Assembly: GCA_032718475.1 (NCBI GenBank)
Contig: JAUCBJ010008568.1
Coordinates: 1-64,000 of the forward strand
Direction: 5' to 3'
DNA: 64,000 nt
Source: Nemertoderma westbladi
Taxonomy: Eukaryota > Animalia > Xenacoelomorpha
Shown here piece after piece: positions 51,667-64,000 of this stretch (the stretch's first letter is position 1; each line of letters starts with the position of its first letter). The notes below the pieces were generated by a model. The model did not search any database, was not told the DNA's origin, and saw only the letters and a list, made by a program, of their open reading frames with translations. Both the position numbers and the translations under genes were made by a program.

Positions 51667-52273
51667 CGTCATCATATCTGTTCTACTTACTACTGCGAGG
51701 AACCTTGCTTTGTTATAGAAACGAACTGTCTGGTTGATTCTACTTATTGGGATAAATACATACGGACCATTCCCAACCCATATGTTCTCACGGTTACGTG
51801 TATTTTAATTATTCCTGTTACTTGTTTTAGAACTACTTATTCTATTGCCTAACACATGCCTAACTTATAAAAGAAAACCTGCCTAACTCTTCCTATTCGA
51901 AGAATTTGTCATTGTCTTTGTCTTCTCTGTCTTTGTCTTTTTGTTATTTTTTGTTACAAGTTTGTCGTCGATATTGTCACATATTGTGGTTATTATAAGA
52001 ATATTGATCTAAATAAATTTAATTTAATACAACGCAAATAAATTTATCTTCAATATTGTGATAACCCCCAACCCACATTAAGCTTCACCTTCAGCAAACA
52101 ATGCGGAAAAGCGAAAGGCGTTTGCTGCAATGGGATGCCTTTCGAATCTCCATATTTTATCAGTTGCTGTTACGGGGATGAAAATCTTCCATATGAAATT
52201 CTACGCCCTTGCGCCTTGTGACATACGCGTTCCCTTTCGTACGAAAATTTCTCACCCTAAACCAAAAGTACTC

Positions 52274-55200
52274 GATATAATTAAGGCAAGATTTGTTAAA
52301 CGCCTGCTAGGATATAATTAAGGCAAGATTTGTTAAACGCCTGCTAGGATATAATTAATACAAGATTTGTTAAACGCCTGCTAGGATATAATTAATGCAA
52401 GATTTGTTAAACGCCTGCTAGGATATAATTAAGGCAAGATTTGTTAAACGCCTGCTAGGATATAATTAATGCAAGATTTGTTAAACGCCTGCTAGGATAT
52501 AATTAATGCAAGATTTGTTAAACGCCTGCTAGGGTATAATTAATGCAAGATATGTTAAACGCCTGCTAGGATATAATTAAGGCAAGATTTGTTAAACGCC
52601 TGCTAGGATATAATTAATGCAAGATTTGTTAAACGCCTGCTAGGATATAATTAAGGCAAGATTTGTTAAACGCCTGCTAGGATATAATTAATGCAAGATT
52701 TGTTAAACGCCTGCTAGGATATAATTAATGCAAGATTTGTTAAACGCCTGCTAGGATATAATTAATGCAAGATTTGTTAAACGCCTGCTAGGATATAATT
52801 AAGGCAAGATTTGTTAAACGCCTGCTAGGATATAATTAATGCAAGATTTGTTAAACACCTGCTAGGATATAATTAATACAAGATTTGTTAAACGCCTGCT
52901 AGGATATAATTAATGCAAGATTTGTTAAACGCCTGCTAGGATATAATTAATGCAAGATTTGTTAAACGCCTGCTAGGATATAATTAATGCAAGATTTGTT
53001 AAACGCCTGCTAGGATATAATTAAGGCAAGATTTGTTAAACGCCTGCTAGGATATAATTAATGCAAGATTTGTTAAACGCCTGCTAGGATATAATTAATG
53101 CAAGATTTGTTAAACGCCTGCTAGGATATAATTAAGGCAAGATTTGTTAAACGCCTGCTAGGGTATAATTAATGCAAGATTTGTTAAACGCCTGCTAGGA
53201 TATAATTAATGCAAGATTTGTTAAACGCCTGCTAGGATATAATTAATGCAAGATTTGTTAAACGCCTGCTAGGATACAATTAAGGCAAGATTTGTTAAAC
53301 GCCTGCTAGGATATAATTAATGCAAGATTTGATAAACGCCTGCTAGGATATAATTAAGGCAAGATTTGTTAAACGCCTGCTAGGATATAATTAAGGCAAG
53401 ATTTGTTAAACGCCTGCTAGGATATAATTAATGCAAGATTTGTTAAACGCCTGCTAGGATATAATTAAGGCAAGATTTGTTAAACGCCTGCTAGGATATA
53501 ATTAATGCAAGATTTGTTAAACGCCTGCTAGGATATAATTAAGGCAAGATTTGTTAAACGCCTGCTAGGATATAATTAATGCAAGATTTGTTAAACGCCT
53601 GCTAGGATATAATTAAGGCAAGATTTGTTAAACGCCTGCTAGAGGATATAATTAAGGCAAGATTTTTAAACGCCTGCTAGGATATAATTAAGGCAAGATT
53701 TGTTAAACGCCTGCTAGGATATAATTAATGCAAGATTTGTTAAACGCCTGCTAGGATATAATTAAGGCAAGATTAGTTAAACGCCTGCTAGGATATAATT
53801 AATGCAAGATTTGTTAAACGCCTGCTAGGATATAATTAATGCAAGATTTGTTAAACGCCTGCTAGGATATAATTAATGCAAGATTTGTTAAACACCTGCT
53901 AGGATATAATTAATGCAAGATTTGTTAAACGCCTGCTAGGATATAATTAATGCAAGATTTGTTAAACGCCTGCTAGGATATAATTAATGCAAGATTTGTT
54001 AAACACCTGCTAGGATATAATTAATGCAAGATTTGTTAAACGCCTGCTAGGATATAATTAATGCAAGATTTGTTAAACACCTGCTAGGATATAATTAATG
54101 CAAGATTTGTTAAACGCCTGCTAGGATATAATTAATGCAAGATTTGTTAAACACCTGCTAGGATATAATTAATGCAAGATTTGTTAAACGCCTGCTAGGA
54201 TATAATTAAGGCAAGATTTGTTAACGCGCCTGCTAGGATATAATTAAGGCAAGATTTGTTAAACGCCTGCTAGGATATAATTAAGGCAAGATTTGTTAAA
54301 CGCCTGCTAGGATATAATTAAGGCAAGATTTGTTAAACGCCTGCTAGGATATAATTAATGCAAGATTTGTTAAACGCCTGCTAGGATATAATTAAGGCAA
54401 GATTTGTTAAACGCCTGCTAGGATATAATTAATGCAAGATTTGTTAAACGCCTGCTAGGATATAATTAATACAAGATTTGTTAAACGCCTGCTAGGATAT
54501 AATTAATGCAAGATTTGTTAAACGCCTGCTAGGATATAATTAATGCAAGATTTGTTAAACGCCTGCTAGGATATAATTAATGCAAGATTTGTTAAACGCC
54601 TGCTAGGTTATAATTAATGGAAGATTTGTTAAACGCCTGCTAGGATATAATTAATGCAAGATTTGTTAAACGCCTGCTAGGATATAATTAATGCAAGATT
54701 TGTTAAACGCCTGCTAGGATATAATTAATGCAAGATTTGTTAAACGCCTGCTAGGATATAATTAATGCAAGATTTGTTAAACGCCTGCTAGGATATAATT
54801 AATGCAAGATTTGTTAAACGCCTGCTAGGATATAATTAATGCAAGATTTGTTAAACGCCGGCTAGGATATAATTAAGGCAAGATTTGTTAAACGCCTGCT
54901 AGGATATAATTAAGGCAAGATTTGTTAAACGCCTGCTAGGATATAATTAATGCAAGATTTGTTAAACGCCTGCTAGGATATAATTAATGCAAGATTTGTT
55001 AAACGCCTGCTAGGATATAATTAATGCAAGATTTGTTAAACGCCTGCTAGGATATAATTAATGCAAGATTTGTTAAACGCCTGCTAGGATATAATTAAGG
55101 CAAGATTTGTTAAACGCCTGCTAGGGTATAATTAATGCAAGATTTGTTAAACGCCTGCTAGGATATAATTAATGCAAGATTTGTTAAACGCCTGCTAGGA

Positions 55201-58198
55201 TATAATTAATGCAAGATTTGTTAAACGCCTGCTAGGATATAATTAAGGCAAGATTTGTTAAACGCCTGCTAGGATATAATTAATGCAAGATTTGTTAAAC
55301 GCCTGCTAGGATATAATTAAGGCAAGATTTGTTAAACGCCTGCTAGGATATAATTAAGGCAAGATTTGTTAAACGCCTGCTAGGATATAATTAATGCAAG
55401 ATTTGTTAAACGCCTGCTGGGATATAATTAAGGCAAGATTTGTTAAACGCCTGCTAGGATATAATTAATGCAAGATTTGTTAAACACCTGCTAGGATATA
55501 ATTAATGCAAGATTTGTTAAACGCCTGCTAGGATATAATTAAGGCAAGATTTGTTAAACGCCTGCTAGAGGATATAATTAAGGCAAGATTTGTTAAACGC
55601 CTGCTAGGATATAATTAATGCAAGATTTGTTAAACGCCTGCTAGGATATAATTAATGCAAGATTTGTTAAACGCCTGCTAGGATATAATTAAGGCAAGAT
55701 TTGTTAAACGCCTGCTAGGATATAATTAAGGCAAGATTTGTTAAACGCCTGCTAGGATATAATTAAGGCAAGATTTGTTAAACGCCTGCTGGATATAATT
55801 AAGGCAAGATTTGTTAAACGCCTGCTAGGATATAATTAATGCAAGATTTGTTAAACGCCTGCTAGGATATAATTAAGGCAAGATTTGTTAAACGCCTGCT
55901 GGATATAATTAAGGCAAGATTTGTTAAACGCCTGCTAGGATATAATTAATGCAAGATTTGTTAAACACCTGCTAGGATATAATTAATGCAAGATTTGTTA
56001 AACGCCTGATAGGATATAATTAATGCAAGATTTGTTAAACGCCTGCTAGGATATAATTAATGCAAGATTTGTTAAACGCCTGCTAGGATATAATTAATGC
56101 AAGATTTGTTAAACGCCTGATAGGATATAATTAATGCAAGATTTGTTAAACGCCTGCTAGGATATAATTAATGCAAGATTTGTTAACGCGCCTGCTAGGA
56201 TATAATTAATGCAAGATTTGTTAAACGCCTGCTAGGATATAATTAATGCAAGATTTGTTAAACGCCTGCTAGGATATAATTAATGCAAGATTTGTTAAAC
56301 GCCTGCTAGGATATAATTAATGCAAGATTTGTTAAACGCCTGCTAGGATATAATTAATGCAAGATTTGTTAAACGCCTGCTAGGATATAATTAATACAAG
56401 ATTTGTTAAACGCCTGCTAGGATATAATTAATGCAAGATTTGTTAAACGCCTGCTAGGATATAATTAAGGCAAGATTTGTTAAACGCCTGCTAGGTTATA
56501 ATTAATGCAAGATTTGTTAAACGCCTGCTAGGATATAATTAATGCAAGATTTGTTAAACGCCTGCTAGGATATAATTAATGCAAGATTTGTTAAACGCCT
56601 GCTAGGATATAATTAATGCAAGATTTGTTAAACGCCTGCTAGGATATAATTAAGGCAAGATTTGTTAACGCGCCTGCTAGGATATAATTAAGGCAAGATT
56701 TGTTAAACGCCTGCTAGGATATAATTAAGGCAAGATTTGTTAAACGCCTGCTAGGATATAATTAAGGCAAGATTTGTTAAACGCCTGCTAGGATATAATT
56801 AAGGCAAGATTTGTTAAACGCCTGCTAGAGGATATAATTAAGGCAAGATTTGTTAAACGCCTGCTAGGATATAATTAATGCAAGATTTGTTAAACGCCTG
56901 CTAGGATATAATTAATACAAGATTTGTTAAACGCCTGCTAGGATATAATTAATGCAAGATTTGTTAAACGCCTGCTAGGATATAATTAAGGCAAGATTTG
57001 TTAAACGCCTGCTAGGATATAATTAAGGCAAGATTTGTTAAACGCCTGCTGGATATAATTAAGGCAAGATTTGTTAAACGCCTGCTAGGATATAATTAAT
57101 GCAAGATTTGTTAAACGCCTGCTAGGATATAATTAAGGCAAGATTTGTTAAACGCCTGCTGGATATAATTAAGGCAAGATTTGTTAAACGCCTGCTAGGA
57201 TATAATTAATGCAAGATTTGTTAAACACCTGCTAGGATATAATTAATGCAAGATTTGTTAAACGCCTGATAGGATATAATTAATGCAAGATTTGTTAAAC
57301 GCCTGCTAGGATATAATTAATGCAAGATTTGTTAAACGCCTGCTAGGATATAATTAATGCAAGATTTGTTAAACGCCTGATAGGATATAATTAATGCAAG
57401 ATTTGTTAAACGCCTGCTAGGATATAATTAATGCAAGATTTGTTAACGCGCCTGCTAGGATATAATTAATGCAAGATTTGTTAAACGCCTGCTAGGATAT
57501 AATTAATGCAAGATTTGTTAAACGCCTGCTAGGATATAATTAATGCAAGATTTGTTAAACGCCTGCTAGGATATAATTAATGCAAGATTTGTTAAACGCC
57601 TGCTAGGATATAATTAATGCAAGATTTGTTAAACGCCTGCTAGGATATAATTAATACAAGATTTGTTAAACGCCTGCTAGGATATAATTAATGCAAGATT
57701 TGTTAAACGCCTGCTAGGATATAATTAAGGCAAGATTTGTTAAACGCCTGCTAGGTTATAATTAATGCAAGATTTGTTAAACGCCTGCTAGGATATAATT
57801 AATGCAAGATTTGTTAAACGCCTGCTAGGATATAATTAATGCAAGATTTGTTAAACGCCTGCTAGGATATAATTAATGCAAGATTTGTTAAACGCCTGCT
57901 AGGATATAATTAATGCAAGATTTGTTAAACGCCTGCTAGGATATAATTAATGCAAGATTTGTTAAACGCCTGCTAGGATATAATTAAGGCAAGATTTGTT
58001 AAACTCCTGCTAGGATATAATTAAGGCAAGATTTGTTAAACGCCTGCTAGGATATAATTAATGCAAGATTTGTTAAACGCCTGCTAGGATATAATTAATG
58101 CAAGATTTGTTAAACGCCTGCTAGGATATAATTAATGCAAGATTTGTTAAACGCCTGCTATGATATAATTAATGCAAGATTTGTTAAACGCCTGCTAA
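52274..58198. repeat. 37-bp minisatellite (about 160 copies)
   Basis: Unit GATATAATTAA(T/G)GCAAGATTTGTTAAACGCCTGCTAG. Confidence 0.98.
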
Positions 58199-58361
58199 GA
58201 CTGTCAAAAACTGCCTCATCTACTGTACTATGGCTCTCAGAGCCGTAAATGAAAAAACATTCTGTGAAGACATTATTGATAAAACATAGAATGTTTTCAA
58301 ACTCGAAATAATTTAAGACTACAGACAATACAGGCGAGTGCGTGATGATACTTCTATAAAC

Positions 58362-58630
58362 CAGGGCTTCTTAAATGGACCGGCGTTTATAAATTCGTCT
58401 TGGATAGGAGCTCTCCAACAGAACAGCCACACCATAACTAGAACTACGGCCCATGGTTGGCACTTCAAATTATGCTCAAACTCTGAACCATTCGACAGGG
58501 CTTCTTAAATGGACCGGCGTTTATAAATTCGTCTTGGATAGGAGCTCTCCAACAGAACAGCCACACCATAACTAGAACTACGGCCCATGGTTGGCACTTC
58601 AAATTATGCTCAAACTCTGAACCATTCGAC
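58362..58630. repeat. 134-bp exact tandem duplication
   Basis: CAGGGCTTCTTAAATGGACC...AACCATTCGA starts at 58362 and again at 58496. Confidence 0.95.
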
Positions 58631-59096
58631 GATCGATCGGATCAGTGTTTATGAAACTTTTGCGACAGCTCAGCCCATCACCTGTGCCACGTGCTAGACT
58701 GCCCCAACCGTCCCTCTTTAAAATCATTATCGAATTCTGTGAAATTTAAAGTCTATTTTAACGTTAAATTTTTAAACTATATTGTTTTAATTTAAATTTT
58801 ATTTATAACGATTAAACACTCATTCACCCCGATCATGGGGTGATCACAATATATATTTGAAAAATATATATTATTGTGATAAAAAATGTATAAAGTTTCA
58901 CCCATCTCTTACCTGAAAAAATGCAGCTGTAAATTTAGAACGGATGAGTTATCCGACATAATATTTGACACCTCAAATTTTATGGAACTCTATTTCAATA
59001 TTAATATTAATATTGCTTTTCTTTTATTTTTTCATTCTTTGATTTATTTTGTAACAACTAGGGTATACTCTATAAGCCAGCCATATCGACTTATAC

Positions 59097-62000
59097 GAGT
59101 CGGATTAGTGTAGTAGTCCTAGGGATGTGAGTCGGATTAGTGTAGAAGTCCTAGGGATGTGAGTCGGATTAGTGTAGTAGGCCTAGGGATGTGAGTCGGA
59201 TTAGTGTAGTAGTCCTAGGGATGTGAGTCTGATTAGTGTAGTAGTGCTAGGGATGTGAGTCGGATTAGTGTAGTAGTCCTAGTGATGTGAGTCGGATTAG
59301 TGTAGTTGTGCTAGGGATGTGAGTCGGATTAGTGTAGTAGGCCTAGGGATGTGAGTCGAATTAGTGTAGTAGGTCTAGGGATGTGAGTCGGATTAGTGTA
59401 ATAGTCCTAGGGATGTGAGTCGGATTAGTGTAGTAGTCCTAGGGATGTGAGTCGGATTAGTGTAGTAGTGCTAGGGATGTGAGTCGGAGTAGTCTAGTAG
59501 GCCTAGGGATGTGAGTCGGATGAGTGTAGTAGTCCTAGGGATGTGAGTCGGATTAGTGTAGTAGTCCTAGGGATGTTGGTCGGATTAGTGTAGTAGGCCT
59601 AGGGATGTGAGTCGGATTAGTGTAGTAGGCATAGGGATGTGAGTCGGATTAGTGTAGTAATCCTAGGGATGTGAGTCGGAGTAGTGTAGTAGTCCTAGGG
59701 ATGTGAGTCAGATTAGTGTAGTGGGCCTAGGGATGTGAGTCGGATTAGTGTAGTAGTCCTAGGGATGTGAGTCGGATTATTGTAGTAGTCCTAGGGATGT
59801 GAGTCGGATTAGTGTAGTAGTCCTAGGGATGTGAGTCGGATTAGTGTAGTAGTCCTAGGGTTGTGAGTCGGATTAGTGTAGTAGGCATAGGGATGTGAGT
59901 CGGATTAGTGTAGTAGTCCTAGGGATGTGAGTCGGATTAGTGTAGTAGGTCTAGGGATGTGAGTCGGATTAGTGTAGTAGTCCTAGGGATGTGAGTCGGA
60001 TTAGTGTAGTAGTCCTAGGGATGTGAGTCGGAGTAGTGTAGTAGGCCTAGGGATGTGAGTCGGATTAGTGTAGTAGTCCTAGGGATGTGAGTCGGATTAG
60101 TGTAGTAGGCCCAGGGATGTGAGTCGGATTAGTGTAGTAGTCCTAGGGATGTGAGTCGGATTAGTGTAGTGGGCCTAGGGATGTGAGTCGGATTAGTGTA
60201 GTAGTCCTAGGGATGTGAGTCGGATTAGTGTAGTAGTTCTAGGGATGTGAGTCGGATTAGTGTAGTAGGCCTAGGGATGTGAGTCGGATTAGTGTAGTAG
60301 TCCTAGGGATGTGAGTCGGATTAGTGTAGTAGTCCTAGGGATGTGAGTCGAATTAGTGTAGTAGTCCTAGTGATGTGAGTCGGATTAGTGCAATAGGCCT
60401 AGGGATGTGAGTCGGATTAGTGTAGTAGTTCTAGGGATGTGAGTCGGATTAGTGTAGTAGTCCTAGGGATGTGAGTCGGATTAGTGTAGTAGTCCTAGGG
60501 ATGTGAGTCGGATTAGTGTAGTAGGCCTGGGGATGTGAGTCGGATTAGTGTAGTAGGTCTAGGGATGTGAGTCGGATTAGTGTAGTAGTCCTAGGGATGT
60601 GAGTCGGATTAGTGTAGTAGTCCTAGGGACGTGAGTCGGATTAGTGTAGTAAGCCTAGGGATGTGAGTCGGATTAGTGTAGTAGTCCTAGGGATGTGAGT
60701 CGGATTAGTGTAGTAGTGCTAGGGATGTGAGTCGGATTAGTGTAGTGGTCCTAGGGATGTGAGTCGGATTAGTGTAGTAGTCCTAGGGATGTGAGTCGGA
60801 TTAGTGTAGTGGTCCTAGGGATGTAAGTCGGATTAGTGTAGTAGTCCTATGGATGTGAGTCGGATTAGTGTAGTAGTCCTAGGGATGTGAGTCGGATTAG
60901 TGTAGTAGGCCTAGGGATTAGTGTAGTAGGTCTAGGGGTGTGAGTCGGATTAGTGTAGTAGTCCTAGGGATGTGAGTCGGATTAGTGTAGTAGGCCTAGG
61001 GATGTGAGTCGGATTAGTGTAGTAGGCATAGGGATGTGAGTCGGATCAGTGTAGTAGGCCTAGGGATGTGAGTCGGATTAGTGTAGTAGGCTTAGGGATG
61101 TGAGTCGGATTAGTGTAGAAGGCGTAGGGATGTGAGTCGGATTAGTGTAGTAGGCCTAGGGATGTGAGTCGGATTAGTGTAGTAGTCCTAGGGATGTGAG
61201 TCGGATTAGTGTAGTAGTCCTAGGGATGTGAGTCGGATTAGTGTAGTAGTGCTAGGGATGTGAGTCGGATTAGTGTAGTGGTCCTAGGGATGTGAGTCGG
61301 ATTAATGTAGTAGTCCTAGGGATGTGAGTCGGATTAGTGTAGTAGTCCTAGGGATGTGAGTCGGATTAGAGTAGTTGGCCTAGGGATGTGAGTCGGATTA
61401 GTGTAGTAGGCCTAGGGATGTGAGTCGGATTAGTGCAGTCGGTCTAGGGATGTGAGTCGGATTAGTGTAGTAGTCCGAGGGATGTGAGTCGGATTAGTGT
61501 AGTAGGTCTAGGGATGTGAGTCGGATTAGTGTAGTAGTCCTAGGGATGTGAGTCGGATTAGTGTAGTAGGTCTAGGGATGTGAGTCGGATTAGTGTAGTG
61601 GTCCTAGGGATGTGAGTCGGATTAGTGTAGTAGGTCTAGGGATGTGAGTCAGATTAGTGTAGTAGGTCTAGGGATGTGAGTCGGATTAGTGTAGTAGGTC
61701 TAGGGATGTGGGTCGGATTAGTGTAGTAGTCCTAGGGATGTGAGTCGGATTAGTGTAGTAGGTCTAGGGATGTGAGTCAGATTAGTGTAGTAGGTCTAGG
61801 GATGTAAGTCGGAGTAGTGTAGTAGGTCTAGGGATGTGGGTCGGATTAGTGTAGTAGTCCTAGGGATGTGAGTCGGATTAGTGTAGTAGGTCTAGGGATG
61901 TGAGTCGGATTAGTGTAGTAGGTCTAGGGTTGTGGGTCGGATTAGTGTAGTAGTCCTAGGGATGTGAGTTGGATTAGTGTAGTAGGTCTAGGGATGTGAG

Positions 62001-63698
62001 TCAGATTAGTGTAGTAGTCCTAGGGATGTGAGTCGGAGTAGTGTAGTAGTTCTAGGGATGTGAGTCGGATTAGTGTAGTAGTCCTAGGGATGTGAGTCGG
62101 ATTAGTGTAGTAGTCCGAGGGATGTGAGTCGGATTAGTGTAGTAGTCCTAGGGATGTGAGTCGGATTAGTGTAGTAGGTCTAGGGATGTGGGTCGGATTA
62201 GTGTAGTAGTCCTAGGGATGTGAGTCGGATTAGTGTAGTAGGTCTAGGGATGTGAGTCAGATTCGTGTAGTAGTCCTAGGGATGTGAGTCAGAGTAGTGT
62301 AGTAGTTCTAGGGATGTGAGTCGGATTAGTGTAGTAGTCCTAGGGATGTGAGTCGGATTAGTGTAGTAGGCCTAGGGATGTGAGTCGGATTAGTGTAGTA
62401 GTCCTAGGGATGTGAGTCGGATTAGTGTAGTAGGTCTAGGGATGTGAGTCGGATTAGTGTAGTAGTCCTAGGGATGTGAGTCGGATTAGTGTAGTAGTCC
62501 TAGGGATGTGAGTCGGATTAGTGTAGTGGGCCTAGGGATGTGAGTCGGAGTAGTGTAGTAGTTCTAGGGATGTGAGTCGGATTAGTGTAGTAGTCCTAGG
62601 GATGTGAGTGGGATTAGTGTAGTAGTCCTAGGGATGTGAGTCGGATTAGTGTAGTAGTCCTAGGGATGTGAGTCGGATTAGTGTAGTAGTCCTAGGGATG
62701 TGAGTCGGATTAGTGTAGTGGGCCTAGGGATGTGAGTCGGATTAGTGTAGTAGTCCTAGGGATGTGAGTCGGATTAGTGTAGTAGGTCCAGGGATGTGAG
62801 TCGGATTAGTGTAGTAGGTCTAGGGATGTGAGTCGGATTAGTGTAGTAGTCCTAGGGATGTGAGTCGGATTAGTGTAGTAGTCCTAGGGATGTGAGTCGG
62901 ATTAGTGTAGTGGGCCTAGGGATGTGAGTCGGAGTAGTGTAGTAGTTCTAGGGATGTGAGTCGGATTAGTGTAGTAGTCCTAGGGATGTGAGTGGGATTA
63001 GTGTAGTAGTCCTAGGGATGTGAGTCGGATTAGTGTAGTAGTCCTAGGGATGTGAGTCGGATTAGTGTAGTAGTCCTAGGGATGTGAGTCGGATTAGTGT
63101 AGTAGGTCCAGGGATGTGAGTCGGATTAGTGTAGTAGGTCTAGGGATGTGAGTCGGATTAGTGTAGTAGTCCTAGGGATGTGAGTCGGATTAGTGTAGTA
63201 GTCCTAGGGATGTGAGTGGGATTAGTGTAGTAGTCCTAGGGATGTGAGTCGGATTAGTGTAGTAGTCCTAGGGATGTGAGTCGGATTAGTGTAGTAGGTC
63301 CAGGGATGTGAGTCGGATTAGTGTAGTAGTCCTAGGGATGTGAGTCGGATTAGTGTAGTAGTCCTAGGGATGTGAGTCGGATTAGTGTAGTAGTCCTAGG
63401 GATGTGAGTCGGATTAGTGTAGTAGTCCTAGGGATGTGAGTCGGATTAGTGTAGTAGTCCTAGGGATGTGAGTCGGATTAGTGTAGTAGGTCTAGGGATG
63501 TGAGTCGGATTAGTGTAGTAGTCCTATGGATGTGAGTCGGATTAGTGTAGTAGTCCTAGGGATGTGAGTCGGAGTAGTGTAGTAGGCCTAGGGATGTGAG
63601 TCGGATTAGTGTAGTAGGTCTAGGGATGTGAGTCGGATTAGTGTAGTAGTCCTATGGATGTGAGTCGGATTAGTGTAGTAGTCCTGGGGATGTGAGTG
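59097..63698. repeat. 32-bp minisatellite (about 144 copies)
   Basis: Unit GTGAGTCGGATTAGTGTAGTAG(TC/GC/GT)CTAGGGAT, with frequent point variants. Confidence 0.98.
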
Positions 63699-63734
63699 GT
63701 GTAAGTAGTTTCGCCATTCTTTCCCTAGTCGGTA

Positions 63735-64000
63735 TCACGAGATAATAACTAGGGATCCCGAGATAATAACTCGGGATCCCGAGATAATAAGTCAGGATTC
63801 CGAGATAATATGTCGGGATCCCGAGATAATAACTCGCGGGATCCTGATATAATAAGTCAGGATCACAAGATAGTAACTCGGGATCCCGAGATAATAACTC
63901 GGGATCTTTAGATATTAAGTCAGAGTCACGAAATAATAAATCGGGATCCCGAGATATTAACTCGGGATCCCGATATATAATAAGTCGGGATCCCGAGATA
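63735..64000. repeat. 21-bp palindromic minisatellite, runs off the window end
   Basis: The unit CGAGATAATAACTCGGGATCC creates a 14-bp palindrome (CTCGGGATCCCGAG) across units. About 12 diverged copies are visible. Confidence 0.93.

Larger units (their letters stand above)
52040..58800 (+). mobile_element. Degraded 5'-truncated LINE 3' end (post-RT region and CCHC zinc knuckle), split by the 37-bp array
   Basis: The left flank reads ..QPTLSFT..KAFAAMGCLSNLHILS..KIF..KVLDIIKARFVKRLL. The right flank continues RLSKTASSTVL and later HGWHFKLC...(C/stop)NFCDSSAHHLCHVLDCP. The clade was not determined (RTEX-like by impression). Confidence 0.55.

Noticed and set aside
58158-58261. Possible minus-strand terminal exon (CFFIYGSESHSTVDEAVFDSLSRRLTNLALIIS*) entering the 37-bp array
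   Set aside because: An acceptor-like site is present, but the plus strand is better explained as a LINE remnant, and no consistent upstream exon chain was found.
59097-63698. Telomeric repeat array (CTAGGG/TTAG motifs)
   Set aside because: The period is 32 bp with a single CTAGGG per unit, not tandem TTAGGG or TTAGG.
39885-64000. CRISPR arrays
   Set aside because: The units are head-to-tail with no unique spacers, there are no cas genes, and the context is eukaryotic.

Overview
AT-rich, repeat-rich genomic DNA from a eukaryote, most likely an invertebrate animal. It holds two recognisable host genes on the + strand. The first is an adenylate cyclase type 9 orthologue with two coding exons (15734-16750 and 18235-20565, about 1115 aa). 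The second is MEMO1 with five coding exons (31793-31868, 38416-38691, 39349-39457, 39692-39914 and 51328-51666, 340 aa). Around them are several non-LTR retrotransposons (CR1/L2-group, RTE and a zinc-knuckle LINE remnant), many MITEs and foldback elements (hAT-like with 8-bp TSDs, PIF/Harbinger-like with a TAA TSD, and TA-flanked), and a tRNA-derived SINE head. Four minisatellites (42, 37, 32 and 21 bp) fill most of the last 24 kb. The most striking feature is the last MEMO1 intron: about 95% of it is roughly 258 tandem 42-bp copies of the exon 4/intron 4 junction. Almost every copy carries a 5' splice donor in a stop-free, 14-codon frame with a heptad pattern. Other notable features are a CR1 with intact ORF2 nested inside a TSD-flanked hAT shell in MEMO1 intron 1, and a correctly phased G-GGA-AAC -1 slippery site at that CR1's ORF1/ORF2 overlap. 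All calls were made by eye and from recalled family motifs; no alignments, folding or searches were run.
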